Shown: positions 39,134 to 49,807, counted from the stretch's first letter. The stretch is 64,000 nt of DNA from Trueperaceae bacterium (GCA_965214405.1 OZ243956.1:3072001-3136000); one strand, 5' to 3'. Translations and numbers: made by a program. Notes: generated from the sequence alone by a model not told the origin.

Positions 39134-40348
39134 ATGGTGAGAGAAACGAACATGAATAAGAACGTAAAGAAGATGAAGCGTACGGTCCTTCGGGCCGCCG
39201 GGGTTGTGGCAGCGGCGGCGCTCCTCGGTTTACCCGTCGCGGCGCAGACGGACACGCCGAAGCTCGAGCAGGTGGACTCAATTATGACGGCGGCGGGACC
39301 CGTCGCGGTCCAGAATCTGGCGAGCGGCTTGGATCATCCCTGGGGCATGGCGTTTTTGCCCGACGGACGCTTGCTGGTGACCGAGCGGGCGGGGCAGTTG
39401 CGTATCCTCGGCACGGATTATGTGCTTTCGGAGCCGGTCGAGGGCACGCCCGTCGTCTACGCCCAGGGTCAAGGCGGGCTGCTCGACGTGGCGCTTGACC
39501 CGAATTATGAAGAGAGCGGCCTCGTTTACCTGTCGTTCGCCGCGCCGGGACCCGAGGGTAGCGCGGCCACGGCGCTGGGGCGTGGGGAGTTGGTGGAAAA
39601 CGAGGGCGAAACCCCGCGCATCGAAAATTTCGAGGTGCTGTTCACGCAGGAGCCGTGGATTACCGGCCCCAACCACTTCGGCGGAAGAATCGTCTTCTCG
39701 CCCGAGGGCGAGCTGTTCTTGACGATGGGCGAGCGCTTTCAGTTCGACCCGGCGCAAGACCCCTCCAACCACTTAGGCACCATCATCCGCCTCAACCCCG
39801 ACGGCTCGGTGCCCGAGGAGAATCCGTTCGTGGGACAGGAGAACGCGAAACCCGAAATCTGGTCCTACGGTCACCGCAACGTCCAGTCCGCCGCCATCAA
39901 TCCGGATACGGGCGCGCTGTGGGTGGCCGAGATGGGGCCGCTGGGCGGCGACGAACTCAACCTCCCCGAGCCGGGCCAAAACTACGGCTGGCCGGTGGTG
40001 AGCTGGGGCATCAACTACGACGGCACTGAGATTCCCGACCCGCCCACGCACCCCGAGTTTGCCGACGCGGTTATGCACTGGTCGCCGGTCATCTCGCCGT
40101 CGGGCATGACGTTTTATACCGGCGACGTATTTCCCGAGTGGCAGGGGAGCGCGTTTATCGGCAGCCTCTCGGCCCAAGACGTGGTGCGCGTGACGTTCGA
40201 CGGTGAGGGCGCGACCGAGGTGGAGCGTCTCCCCTTAGGCGTCCGCATCCGCGACGTCGAGACGGGGCCGGACGGCTTTTTGTACGTGCTGACCGATGAA
40301 GACGACGGGCACGTGTGGCGAATCAAGCCGCTGCGAGGGGATGGATAA
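39134..40348 (+). CDS. PQQ-dependent sugar dehydrogenase (GSDH/YliI family)
   Basis: LDHPWGMAFLPDG, GQGGLLDVALDP, HFGGRI, SYGHRN, NYGWP; signal peptide. Confidence 0.92.
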   Translation: MVRETNMNKNVKKMKRTVLRAAGVVAAAALLGLPVAAQTDTPKLEQVDSIMTAAGPVAVQNLASGLDHPWGMAFLPDGRLLVTERAGQLRILGTDYVLSEPVEGTPVVYAQGQGGLLDVALDPNYEESGLVYLSFAAPGPEGSAATALGRGELVENEGETPRIENFEVLFTQEPWITGPNHFGGRIVFSPEGELFLTMGERFQFDPAQDPSNHLGTIIRLNPDGSVPEENPFVGQENAKPEIWSYGHRNVQSAAINPDTGALWVAEMGPLGGDELNLPEPGQNYGWPVVSWGINYDGTEIPDPPTHPEFADAVMHWSPVISPSGMTFYTGDVFPEWQGSAFIGSLSAQDVVRVTFDGEGATEVERLPLGVRIRDVETGPDGFLYVLTDEDDGHVWRIKPLRGDG

Positions 40349-40404
40349 CGTTTAAGCTTCTCGTGACGTGACAGCCAATAAAGATGGGTGAGGGGCGCTT
40401 CTGT

Positions 40405-43164
40405 TTAGATCGGAGTGCCCCTCACCCGTATTTTTGCGTCGAGGATGGTGCAGCCCTCGCCGGGTAGGTGGGCTTTGACGGGGTTGAGCTCGAGCCCCAC
40501 AATCTCCGGCACCTCCTCGATAAGACGCGACACGCGCAAAAGAAGCTCTTCCAACGCGCCAACGTCCGCCGGAGGCGCGCCGCGGTAGCCTGTCAGCAGC
40601 GGATAACCGCGGACGCCCCGAACCATCTCGCGCGCGTCTCTGTCGGTGAGGGGTGTGACGCGGAGGACGACGTCGCGCAGAAGCTCCATCAACACGCCGC
40701 CGAGCCCAAAGGAGATGAGGGGGCCGAAGAGCGGGTCGTCGGTCACGCTTGTGAGGAGCTCGAGCCCGCCCGCGACCATCGGCTGGACCAAAAAACCGTC
40801 TAATTCACCCGCTCGCCCAGCCTCTTTTAGCCGCTCCTCGATGCCCGCGCAGGCCGCCCGCACCGCCGCGGCGTCCTCCAGCCCCAGCACCACGCCGCCC
40901 CACACGGACTTTTGGACAAGGGTGCGCGACTCGAGTTTGACGGCGACGGGATACCCCAGCCTTTCGGCAGCCTGCACAGCACTTTTGGCGTCCGCCGCCG
41001 TCTCGCCTCTTACGAGAGGCAGACCGAACGCGCGAAGAACGTCTGCGGTCTCATCTGCTGACAACCAAGTCTCACCGGATTTCACCCCTCCGCCTGCCCG
41101 ACGCACCACCATGCGCGCCGCGTCAACGTCTATATCCGGAAGGCCCGGAACCACGCCCGGCGGCGTCCGACGCCAGCGCGCGTAGGTGTGGGCCGCGCCG
41201 AGCGCCCGCGCGGCGGCCTCCGGGAAGCGGTAGGAGGGGATGCGTTCGTTTTCGCTCGAGAGGGTGCTCAGCCCGCGGTCGCCCATAAAACATGTAAGGA
41301 CCGGCTTTTGATGTCCCGCCGCCCTCGCCGCTGCAACAGCCTCTCGCAACGCCCCGCTTACGCCCTCGGGGTCGGCGAGGCCCAGGGGCGCGAAAAGGAT
41401 GAGGAGCGCGTCAAAGGCGGGGTCGGCGAGAAGTGCGCCTACCGCCTCCCGGTACGCCTCGGCTCCGGCGGTAGTGAGCAGGTTGAGGGGATTCCCCGTA
41501 CTTGCTCCGGTGGGCAAGACTTCCTCGAGCTTTTCCCTCGTGGCGGCGGAGGGCGGGGGTAGCTCGAGCCCCTCCGCCCGGAGCGCGTCCACCGCCAAGA
41601 CCGCAGGCCCGCGCGCGTTCGTCACCACCCCCACCCGCGGCCCCTCGGGGAGCGCCTGAGACGAGAGGAGGGCGGCGGCACCGAACATTTCTTCCAAGCC
41701 GCCCACGCGGACGACGCCGGTCTGACGAAAAAGCGCCTCGACCACCCTGTCCTCGAGCACCCCATCCTCCAACATCCCGTCCTCTGATGCGCCCCCTCCA
41801 CGACCCCCGACGCCGTCTCCCCTTAGGTTTCCCGCGCCCCGCCCCGCCTTGACTGCGATGATGGGTTTTTTGCGCCCCACTCGACGGGCCAAACGCGCGA
41901 AGCGGCGGGGATTACCGAAAGATTCCAGATAGAGAAGAATCACCTCGGTTGCCGGGTCGTCCTCCCAATACTGGAGGAGGTCGTTGCTCGAGACGTCGGC
42001 CTTGTTGCCCAACGAAACAAACTGCGACAGGCCCAGCTCGAGCTCTTGGGCGAGCGACAAGACCGCCAAGCCCAACGCGCCGCTCTGCGAGGAGAGCGCC
42101 ACAGGGCCGGGCGGCGGGAGCGGCAGGGACGGACTCGCGTTGAGGCGAACCGCCGGGTCAGTGTTAAAAAGCCCCAAGCAGTTGGGGCCGATTAAGCGCA
42201 TCCCGTAGCCGCGCACCCTTGCCTGCAAAGTTTCCTGAAGCGCGCGCCCTGCCTCGCCCGCGTCGGCGAAACCCGCGCTCACCACCAGGAGCGCCCGCAC
42301 CCCGGCCCGCCCGCAGTCGTCCACCACCCCCAACACCGCGTCGCGCGGCGTGACGATGACGGCCAAATCCACGGGGTCCGGCACGGCCTCCACGGACACA
42401 TACGCGCGCGTCCCGCCGACCGTGTCGGCGTGATGGTTCACCGGATAGACGGGGACGCTCGAGCCTCTGAGCGAGTCGAAGATGCGGTACCCGAGGCTTT
42501 CAGTGTCGCGCGAGGCCCCCACGACCGCCACGCCGCGCGGGTGAAAAAAGGGCCGCAGCGAGGCGACGGTGGCGACGCGTTCGCGCGCGCTGGCGCGCAT
42601 GACGCTCTCACGGTTCGGCAGAATCGAAAAGCTCACCTCGACGGTGCCGCCGTCGCGCTCCTCACGGACCGGGAAGCCGCTCGAGCGAAAAAGCGCGCGC
42701 ATCGCCCGGTTGCCCGCCTCGGTGGGGGCGTAAAAGGAGCGCACCCCGTGCCGCGCGGCCACCAGCGCGAGTCTTTCTAAAAGCAAGCTACCCACGCCCC
42801 GGCCTTGGTAGGCGTCGTCCACCAAAAAAGCCACTTCGACGGCGTCGCTTTCGGGCGCGTCACGGATGTACTCGCCGTGCGCGATGACCCGCGGCTCCTC
42901 CCCGGTGAGGACGAGGAGCGCCAGGCGTTCGGGCGGGTGGGACTCGAGCAGGTGCGCGCTGGCTACCTCAAGCGGCACGTCGCCAAAAAAGCGGCGGACG
43001 CGTGCCTCTTTTGAGACGTGTGCGACAAAAGCGCGTAAGAGGGCTGCGTCCGTGGGCTCCACAGGCCGCAGGGTGGCCGTCGTGCCGTCGCGCAAAATAA
43101 CGCCCCCCGCCTCGGCGGAACCCTGAGGCAGGGGGAGCTGGTAGTGCTGATCGGTGTCCGCCAT
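40405..43164 (-). CDS. GNAT + acyl-CoA synthetase (NDP-forming)-like fusion; protein lysine acetyltransferase family
   Basis: N-terminal GNAT (QGRGVG), CoA-binding VVGAS, GPNCLG, SQSGA, GNKADV, ATP-grasp C-terminus. Confidence 0.88.
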   Translation of the reverse strand: MADTDQHYQLPLPQGSAEAGGVILRDGTTATLRPVEPTDAALLRAFVAHVSKEARVRRFFGDVPLEVASAHLLESHPPERLALLVLTGEEPRVIAHGEYIRDAPESDAVEVAFLVDDAYQGRGVGSLLLERLALVAARHGVRSFYAPTEAGNRAMRALFRSSGFPVREERDGGTVEVSFSILPNRESVMRASARERVATVASLRPFFHPRGVAVVGASRDTESLGYRIFDSLRGSSVPVYPVNHHADTVGGTRAYVSVEAVPDPVDLAVIVTPRDAVLGVVDDCGRAGVRALLVVSAGFADAGEAGRALQETLQARVRGYGMRLIGPNCLGLFNTDPAVRLNASPSLPLPPPGPVALSSQSGALGLAVLSLAQELELGLSQFVSLGNKADVSSNDLLQYWEDDPATEVILLYLESFGNPRRFARLARRVGRKKPIIAVKAGRGAGNLRGDGVGGRGGGASEDGMLEDGVLEDRVVEALFRQTGVVRVGGLEEMFGAAALLSSQALPEGPRVGVVTNARGPAVLAVDALRAEGLELPPPSAATREKLEEVLPTGASTGNPLNLLTTAGAEAYREAVGALLADPAFDALLILFAPLGLADPEGVSGALREAVAAARAAGHQKPVLTCFMGDRGLSTLSSENERIPSYRFPEAAARALGAAHTYARWRRTPPGVVPGLPDIDVDAARMVVRRAGGGVKSGETWLSADETADVLRAFGLPLVRGETAADAKSAVQAAERLGYPVAVKLESRTLVQKSVWGGVVLGLEDAAAVRAACAGIEERLKEAGRAGELDGFLVQPMVAGGLELLTSVTDDPLFGPLISFGLGGVLMELLRDVVLRVTPLTDRDAREMVRGVRGYPLLTGYRGAPPADVGALEELLLRVSRLIEEVPEIVGLELNPVKAHLPGEGCTILDAKIRVRGTPI

Positions 43165-43173
43165 AGCCTTAAG

Positions 43174-43398
43174 CTACGGGCTGTAGTGCTCGACTGTATC
43201 CGCGTCGCGCAGTTCGACCGCGTCAGGGTCCTCGCCGTTCGCTCGAGCGGCGCGGCGGCGGCGCAGCAGGTCCCAATACTGGTCGAGTTCGACCTCGATG
43301 GCCGCTAACCGCGCTTCTTGGTTGCCGCTCTGGTCGTAAAGCTTGTGCTCCTCCTCAACCAGCCGGTTGATATGCCCCAAGACTTCCTCGTTGGTCAT
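43174..43398 (-). CDS. DUF2630 family protein
   Basis: INRLVEEEH, EVELDQYWDLLRRRRA, VEHY. Confidence 0.85.
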   Translation of the reverse strand: MTNEEVLGHINRLVEEEHKLYDQSGNQEARLAAIEVELDQYWDLLRRRRAARANGEDPDAVELRDADTVEHYSP

Positions 43399-43407
43399 TT
43401 CATCCCC

Positions 43408-44562
43408 TTACTGACTCGCGCGTCGCGTCGCCTCGGCGTAAAAGTAGCTGTAGGTTTCGTTATTAGGCTCGAGCTCGCTCGCTTGCCCGTAGGCTTGCGC
43501 GGCCAGCACAAAGTTGTTCGTCTCGAACTGCGTCCGGCCCAGCCAGGCCCAAGCCTCGGCGTAGTCGGGATTGCTCTGGGTGGCGGTCAAAAACTGCGTT
43601 TTGGCACCCTCCGCATCCCCGTTTTCATATAACCTGACGCCGTCGTAAAAAGCGGTCGCCGCCGTCATACCCCACCGCGCCTCGTCCTGAGAAAGCTTGA
43701 GAAAGTAGCTCGCCCCCTCGTCGCTCGGGTCGAGCGTCAGCGCGCGCTGCCAGTAGCCCGTGGCAAGCTCGGGCTGGTTGAGCTCGAGCGCCGTCCGCCC
43801 CGCCCACACGAAGGCTTGCTTGTAGTTCGCGTTGTCCTGGGCCGCATCCTGAAAATGCTGAAGCGCCTCCGCCTTGTTCCCGGCCTCGTACGCGGCGATG
43901 CCCGCGTAAAAGTTTTCGGTCCCCTGGGCGCCGTAACGCACGTCGTCCTGGGCGAGCTCGAGAAAATACCGGTTGCCCTCGTCCTCCGGCGCGAGCCGCA
44001 CCGCTTCCTGCCAATAGGGTAAGGACGCCTCGGCCTGACCCTGCTCGAGCAAGATGCGCCCGGCCCAGGTGTAGGCCTGGGGGTCGTTCGGGTTGAAGTC
44101 GATGACTTCTTGATAGAGTTCTAGAGCGCCCGCGCGGTCCCCGTTGTCATAGCGGAGATACGCGAGCTGGTTTCCCGCCGCCGACCCCGCCTTCAACGCC
44201 GCGGAGTCGAGCGTGCCGACGCTCGTAGCGAGGTCGCGCCAGGTTTGCCAGGCGGGAGCGTACCAGTTTGTGGCGCTGTAGGTCTCGGCCAAAAAGCGCA
44301 ACACGCTCGGGTCGCCGGGGGCCGCTTGCAGCGCCTCACGCCCCAGCCGAATCGCCTCGGCCCAGTTGGGCGCGTCCGGATAAGGCCGCTCGCCCGACGC
44401 GCGCGCGCGGTCGGCTGCCGCGCGCGCGTCCTGGAGCGCCGCGTCCGCGGTGGGACGCGCCTGGATGGGTAACGAATCTGTGTTCGACCCGCCCGTCTGG
44501 GCAAGTGCGCCCGGAGCTGTCAGAAAGGCGGTAAGAACGAATAACAAGATTTTACGGGTCAT
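43408..44562 (-). CDS. Secreted tetratricopeptide-repeat protein
   Basis: Signal peptide (ALA) and repeated TPR units (WAGR...YWQ.A..L.P). Confidence 0.88.
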   Translation of the reverse strand: MTRKILLFVLTAFLTAPGALAQTGGSNTDSLPIQARPTADAALQDARAAADRARASGERPYPDAPNWAEAIRLGREALQAAPGDPSVLRFLAETYSATNWYAPAWQTWRDLATSVGTLDSAALKAGSAAGNQLAYLRYDNGDRAGALELYQEVIDFNPNDPQAYTWAGRILLEQGQAEASLPYWQEAVRLAPEDEGNRYFLELAQDDVRYGAQGTENFYAGIAAYEAGNKAEALQHFQDAAQDNANYKQAFVWAGRTALELNQPELATGYWQRALTLDPSDEGASYFLKLSQDEARWGMTAATAFYDGVRLYENGDAEGAKTQFLTATQSNPDYAEAWAWLGRTQFETNNFVLAAQAYGQASELEPNNETYSYFYAEATRRASQ

Positions 44563-44659
44563 ACCTAACTCCTCGTTGTTGTCAAGAACTCCCTTGGTGC
44601 TTGCTTTCCAAAACTGCCCCACCATCCTACACAAGTGGTCTGAGAGCGCAAGATAAAAT

Positions 44660-44968
44660 TTACTCGAGCCGCGCCCTACAAGAGGTGCAGTACGCCTGCT
44701 CGGGGACGCGCTTGCCGCAGGCGCCACAAAGAACCGTCGCGCGCACGAGCGCCTTGACGCCCATCTCGCCCAGTTCGGAGGCAATCAAGACCGCGTCCTC
44801 TTCGGACACGTCCGACACGGTCAGTTCGACATCGCCCGCGAGCGCCGACACGATAAACGCGCCGCTCCGGTAGGGCTGCGCGCCCTCGCCCCCGTTGGCG
44901 ACCCTAACCGCCTCACGCACTTCCTTGAAATAGCGCCACAGCGCCTCTTCGTTCACCGGCTCGTTCAC
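44660..44968 (-). CDS. Small protein with C-terminal zinc ribbon
   Basis: CGACG...CTSC; TAGAGT -10 box before GTG. Confidence 0.7.
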   Translation of the reverse strand: MNEPVNEEALWRYFKEVREAVRVANGGEGAQPYRSGAFIVSALAGDVELTVSDVSEEDAVLIASELGEMGVKALVRATVLCGACGKRVPEQAYCTSCRARLE

Positions 44969-45077
44969 CCCTGTACTCTAGCTCGAGCCCCGCTCTCCCA
45001 AAGAGACCCCTTGCAACATTAGCCATAACATCCAGAACCACAACATTCAGAGTTATGTGACACCGTTAGACTAAGGC

Positions 45078-46112
45078 ATGAGCACCCATACGAATCTCCA
45101 TACAAACGCAGGTCCAAAGACGAACGCAGACGCGGCTGAGGCTATGGGGGTCAAAGACCGCATGTTCGACCACCACATCGGCAACACCCCGCTGGTCAAA
45201 CTCGCGCGGGTGGTGACGCCGGACATGGCGGAGGTGTGGATCAAGCTCGAGGGCCAAAACCCCGCAGGCTCTATCAAAGACCGCACCGCGCTGGGGATGA
45301 TTACCGACGCCGAGGCGCGGGGCGTCCTCACCCCCGGCAGCGGCCAGACCATCGTCGAGCCGACGAGCGGCAACACGGGCATCGGGCTCGCCTTTCTCTC
45401 GGCGGTGCGCGGCTACCGCTGCGTCATCGTGCTGCCTGACTCGATGAGCGAGGAGCGCAAGCGCACGTTAAGGGCGTATGGGGCGGAGCTCGAGTTCACC
45501 CCCGGCGAAGAGAGGATGCAGGGGGCCATCCCTCGAGCCCAAGAACTCGCCGAGGCGAACGGCTGGTGGATGCCCAACCAGTTCGAGAACCCCGCTAACC
45601 CGCGCTATCACCACCAGGTCACCGGGCCGGAGCTGTGGCGGGGGATGCAGGGCCGCGTGGACGCCTTTGTGTGGGCCTCGGGCACGGGCGGCTCGATAAG
45701 CGGGATTGGGCGCTATTTCAAAGAGCAAGACCCCAGCATCAAGGTCTACGCCGTCGAGCCCGCGCGCTCCGCGGTTATCAACGGTCATGAGCGCGGCTCG
45801 CACAAGTTTCAGGGGATGGGGCCGGGCTTTATCCCCGGTAACTTAGATGTGGCCTTGTTGGATGGGGCCATCATGGTTTACGAAGAAGACGCTTTTCCTT
45901 TGGCGCGGCGCTTGGCGCGCGAAGAAGGTCTTTTTATCGGCATGTCCTCGGCGGCGACGGTGTGGGCGGCGTTGCAAGTGGCGCGCGACTTAGGGCCGGG
46001 CAAGGTGGTCGTCTGCTTGGCCGCCGACACCGCCGCGCGCTACGTTAGTACCGAACTCTTCGCCGAACCCGAAGAGGCGCACGACATCAGCCGACCCGCG
46101 GGGCTCCCTTAG
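45078..46112 (+). CDS. cysK: Cysteine synthase (PLP-dependent)
   Basis: IGNTPLV, KLEGQNPAGSIKDR, EPTSGNTG, GTGGS. Confidence 0.93.
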   Translation: MSTHTNLHTNAGPKTNADAAEAMGVKDRMFDHHIGNTPLVKLARVVTPDMAEVWIKLEGQNPAGSIKDRTALGMITDAEARGVLTPGSGQTIVEPTSGNTGIGLAFLSAVRGYRCVIVLPDSMSEERKRTLRAYGAELEFTPGEERMQGAIPRAQELAEANGWWMPNQFENPANPRYHHQVTGPELWRGMQGRVDAFVWASGTGGSISGIGRYFKEQDPSIKVYAVEPARSAVINGHERGSHKFQGMGPGFIPGNLDVALLDGAIMVYEEDAFPLARRLAREEGLFIGMSSAATVWAALQVARDLGPGKVVVCLAADTAARYVSTELFAEPEEAHDISRPAGLP

Positions 46113-46275
46113 GAAGAGGCTCGAGCGTGGGGGCCTCGAGCCTCCCCGCCAGCCCTCTCAATCCCTTCGCCATGCGGCCTCGCCAACTCCCTTTCGGCAG
46201 GTTCCGGTAGAGCTCGGCCTCTCTATGGTAACGGCTCAGCTTGTTTCGTCCTTCGTTGGTGTACATCATCTCCAA
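46087..46275 (-). CDS. Small hypothetical protein
   Basis: AGGAGG RBS, 62 aa, divergent from an HTH gene. Confidence 0.55.
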   Translation of the reverse strand: MEMMYTNEGRNKLSRYHREAELYRNLPKGSWRGRMAKGLRGLAGRLEAPTLEPLPKGAPRVG

Positions 46276-46353
46276 CCTCCTGACCTCATGATGCGGCCAG
46301 ACTGCTTCAAAGGGTAGAGGGATGTTTGAAGCTGAGGCGCATTACACTAAGGC

Positions 46354-47031
46354 ATGGAAAATCCAGATGCACACGTTCGCGTTGTGACCGACCCGGAGGC
46401 GGCGAACCTGCTTGCCGACCCCGCGCAGTTGGAACTGCTCGAGCCCTTCTTCCGCGCTGATGTGATGTTAGGTGAGCTTGCCAAAGAACTCGGTGTCAAA
46501 CTCAACACGCTTCTTTACCGCGTCAACAGGCTCATCGAGCTTGGTCTTGTGGAGGTAGTGCGCGAGGAGCCGCGTAGAGGCAAGCCCGTCAAAATCTACC
46601 GGGCAACGGCGGAGAGCTTCTTTGTTCCTTTTGAAAGTACAACGAGCGTAAGTTTGGGAGGGCTGCTCGCGGGCATGACCGAGGAGGGTGAGCGGCTCTT
46701 TCACCGTGAGGCGGCCAGGGCGCTTCAGACGCTCGCGCCTTTTTGGGGGCTCCACATCGTCCTCAATGAACAAAAGCAGCTCGCGGCTCTCCTAACCGAT
46801 AGCAAAGACGGGTACAAGGGAAATGCCGACATCTTTTTCGGCCCCTCTGCGCCCGCCCTATTTTTTGCCGCTGGCGTTCTCACCCTCGACTTCGCCACCG
46901 CCAAAAAGATGCAGCGGGAGCTTTTTGAACTCTTCAAACGCTACACCGACGCGCAGAAGCCTGGGGAGCAGCGTTACGCCTACCGGCTCGGGCTGACCCC
47001 TGTTGTAGACGCCTCGCCGGAAAAGGATTAG
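46354..47031 (+). CDS. Winged-HTH (ArsR-like) transcriptional regulator
   Basis: LGELAKELGVKLNTLLYRVNRLIELGLV...KIYRA. Confidence 0.85.
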   Translation: MENPDAHVRVVTDPEAANLLADPAQLELLEPFFRADVMLGELAKELGVKLNTLLYRVNRLIELGLVEVVREEPRRGKPVKIYRATAESFFVPFESTTSVSLGGLLAGMTEEGERLFHREAARALQTLAPFWGLHIVLNEQKQLAALLTDSKDGYKGNADIFFGPSAPALFFAAGVLTLDFATAKKMQRELFELFKRYTDAQKPGEQRYAYRLGLTPVVDASPEKD

Positions 47032-47193
47032 GGGAGGTTTGCGGCGTATCCAGGTGACGACACTCACACATTTTAAGATTCTCAACAAAAGAACACACGT
47101 CTCTGGGCTAAACTTTATAGATTGAGGTAATCTCAGGTAACCTAGCGACAGGGTAGCAGGACGGGGTGAGCCTCGTCCCGAAGGGAGAACGGA

Positions 47194-48669
47194 GTGGCTG
47201 CACAAGGCGTACAAACACAGGACGTGGTAAGAGACACTTTACAGGAGGGATCTTTGAGCGCGCGCTACGAGCGCGTTTTGGCAACGCTGAGGGCGCACGA
47301 CCAGGCGCACTTGCTCACCTTTTATGACGAGCTTGGTGACGCCCAAAAAGGGGAGCTTTTGGGGGAGCTCGAGGCCCAGGACTGGGACGAGTTGGCGGGG
47401 CTCATCAAAACGCACGTTTTGCAGGAGCCCGACGCGGCGCTCTCCAAAGACGTCACCCCCGCGCCCTACTATCCGCAAACACCGACGCCTGAGCTTGAGG
47501 CCGAATACGAAGAGGCCAGGGCGTTGGGCGAAGAGCTCCTGCGCGCGGGGGAGGTGGCCGCCTTTACGGTGGCGGGCGGTCAGGGCACGCGGCTGGGTTG
47601 GGACGGACCCAAGGGCACGTTTCCGGCCACGCCCATCCGCGAAACGCCGCTCTTCGGCGTGTTCGCCGAATATATCCGCAAGGTAGGGGAGAAGTACGGC
47701 GCGACGCCGCCCTGGTACCTCATGACGAGCCCCATCAACGACGCGGCGACAAGGGCGTTTTTTGAGGAGAACGATTACTTTGGCCTCGACAAAAACGACG
47801 TGACTTTTTTCTCACAGGGCACGGTGCCGAGCGTGGGTCTGGACGGGAAGGTGCTGTTAGCCGACAAGGGTCACCTCGCCTCCTCGCCGGACGGTCACGG
47901 CGGCTCGCTCAAGGCGCTCTCGCGCAGCGGCGCGCTCGCCGACATGAGCGCGCGCGGCGTCACGCAGATTTCGTATTTTCAGGTGGACAACCCCAACGTC
48001 AAATGTCTGGACCCGCTCTTTATCGGCCTGCACGCGCTGGGCGGCGCGGAGATGTCCTCAAAAATGCTCCCCAAGGTAAGCCCGAACGAAAAGGTCGGTA
48101 ACTTCGCGCTGCTAGACGGTCGCGTCGGCGTGATTGAATATTCCGACATTCCCACCGAACTTGCCGAGGCCCGCGACGAGGCGGGCAAGCTGCGTTTTAA
48201 CGCGGGCTCGATTGCCATCCACGTGATGTCGGTCGCGTTCGTCCGCAAACTGGGTGAGGGAGGCGCGTTCGCGCTGCCCTTTCACCGCGCGGTCAAAAAG
48301 GTGCCCCACTTCTCGCCCGAAACGGGTGAAAAGGTCACGCCGAGCGCGCCCAACGCGGTCAAGCTCGAGATGTTCGTCTTCGACGCCCTGCCCTTGGCCG
48401 ACAAGAGCGTCATCTTGCAAACCGACCGCGTCGAGGAGTTTGCGCCCATCAAAAACGCGCAAGGCGACGACTCCCCCAAAACCAGTCGGCGGCTTCAGAG
48501 CGCGCGCGCGGCGCGCTGGCTGGGGCTCTGCGGCGTCGAACTGCCTCATGACGGGGAAGAGGTTGACGCGGTTATCGAGTTGCGCCCCCTTACCGCCATC
48601 GAGCCGGACGACCTCAAAAACGCGAAGCTGCCCGAACGGCTCGAGCCCAGCAGCAAGGTGCTGTTGTAA
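47194..48669 (+). CDS. UDP-sugar pyrophosphorylase, UAP1-like (UDP-GlcNAc/UDP-Glc; UDPGP type 1)
   Basis: AGGQGTRLG..GPKG, PDGHGG, VDNP, EYSD, KLEMFVFD, EFAPIKN. Confidence 0.9.
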   Translation: MAAQGVQTQDVVRDTLQEGSLSARYERVLATLRAHDQAHLLTFYDELGDAQKGELLGELEAQDWDELAGLIKTHVLQEPDAALSKDVTPAPYYPQTPTPELEAEYEEARALGEELLRAGEVAAFTVAGGQGTRLGWDGPKGTFPATPIRETPLFGVFAEYIRKVGEKYGATPPWYLMTSPINDAATRAFFEENDYFGLDKNDVTFFSQGTVPSVGLDGKVLLADKGHLASSPDGHGGSLKALSRSGALADMSARGVTQISYFQVDNPNVKCLDPLFIGLHALGGAEMSSKMLPKVSPNEKVGNFALLDGRVGVIEYSDIPTELAEARDEAGKLRFNAGSIAIHVMSVAFVRKLGEGGAFALPFHRAVKKVPHFSPETGEKVTPSAPNAVKLEMFVFDALPLADKSVILQTDRVEEFAPIKNAQGDDSPKTSRRLQSARAARWLGLCGVELPHDGEEVDAVIELRPLTAIEPDDLKNAKLPERLEPSSKVLL

Positions 48670-48696
48670 ACCCATCCGCGAGGCAAAACTGCAAAG

Positions 48697-48734
48697 GGAG
48701 CGGGAGTCAGCCGTTGGGGGCTGACTCCCGCTCC
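48697..48734. terminator. Bidirectional terminator-like hairpin between convergent genes
   Basis: 16-bp perfect stem ggagcgggagtcagcc / ggctgactcccgctcc. Confidence 0.8.
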
Positions 48735-48763
48735 TCTTAAAAACTGAATCTTAAAGAACCGAA

Positions 48764-49807
48764 TCAGTTTTTGTCGGCGTTTTGGTCTTTGTCTGGGGCC
48801 TCGTCTCGGTCCTCCCGAGTCCGTCCCCCCGCGCGTCCTGGCGAAAAGGAGGGCGGGTCGCTGGTGGGAAACGTTTCCTCGAGCGCCTCGTCGATATCGC
48901 TCTCCTCGTCTATCTCAGTCCTATCCGCCTCTATTTGGTCCGCCTCGGTTTCGTTGACCTTATTTTGGTCGGCGTCACGTTCATTGTCACCCTCGGAATT
49001 TTGTCGCTGGGCTGCCATCTCGTCCTCCTCAAAGGTTCCGCTTTTGACTCTGGGCTGACCCTCCTCGAGCCCGGTGGCGCGCAATTCCGACTGCGAAATC
49101 GCGCCCGTTTCCATCATCGTTTTGAGCCGGTCTAGGTCGTCGGCGATTTGTTGCTGAGGTGCCTCGCCGAAAAGCCGCGCAAACGCCGCGCCCAGAGCGC
49201 CGCCCGGCGGGTTGTACCTTAGCGACACCCGCACGATTGTGCTCTGGCCGCCCGGCATCGCCCGAAAGCGCACCGCGCCCGCGTTGGGCACCATCGCGCC
49301 GGGGAGCGAGCGCCATGATAGAAGTTCGCCCGCCACGTCGCCGACGATTTCGGCGTCCCACTCCACCGTCGTACCCGCGGGGCCTTGGGTTGTCCAGTGC
49401 GAGCGCCCGCCGCCTATATCCTTCACGGACTCTAGGTGGCTCATGAAGCGAGGCAGGTTCTCGAGCTTTCGCCAAAACGCGTAGAGATCTTCGGGCGTTG
49501 CGTTGACGATCACGCTCTCCTCGACCCCCAATCCCTGCCGCTGCGACACGGCGTACGCGCGCTTAGCGGTGTTCAGCCCGAGGCTCCTGTAAAGCAAACA
49601 GTCGCCGGTGAGCCCGCGGTAAACGAGGTAGCCCCCGCCGAGTCCCAAGGCCGTGCCCCCCGCCGAGCGGCGACCGAGACCGACAAGCGCCAGCACGCCC
49701 CCGCTCACGACCGACATCCAGCGCTCCGCCTCTCCCACATTGTGCAGGTGGCCCCTGGCGGGTTGCGCGTCCCCGTTTTCTCCATATTGATTTCTGTCCT
49801 GTAGCAT
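48764..49807 (-). CDS. SRPBCC (polyketide cyclase-like) protein with DUF2892-like TM hairpin and acidic tail
   Basis: NVGEAER, YAFWRKLENLPRFMSHL, YNPPGG. Confidence 0.88.
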   Translation of the reverse strand: MLQDRNQYGENGDAQPARGHLHNVGEAERWMSVVSGGVLALVGLGRRSAGGTALGLGGGYLVYRGLTGDCLLYRSLGLNTAKRAYAVSQRQGLGVEESVIVNATPEDLYAFWRKLENLPRFMSHLESVKDIGGGRSHWTTQGPAGTTVEWDAEIVGDVAGELLSWRSLPGAMVPNAGAVRFRAMPGGQSTIVRVSLRYNPPGGALGAAFARLFGEAPQQQIADDLDRLKTMMETGAISQSELRATGLEEGQPRVKSGTFEEDEMAAQRQNSEGDNERDADQNKVNETEADQIEADRTEIDEESDIDEALEETFPTSDPPSFSPGRAGGRTREDRDEAPDKDQNADKN

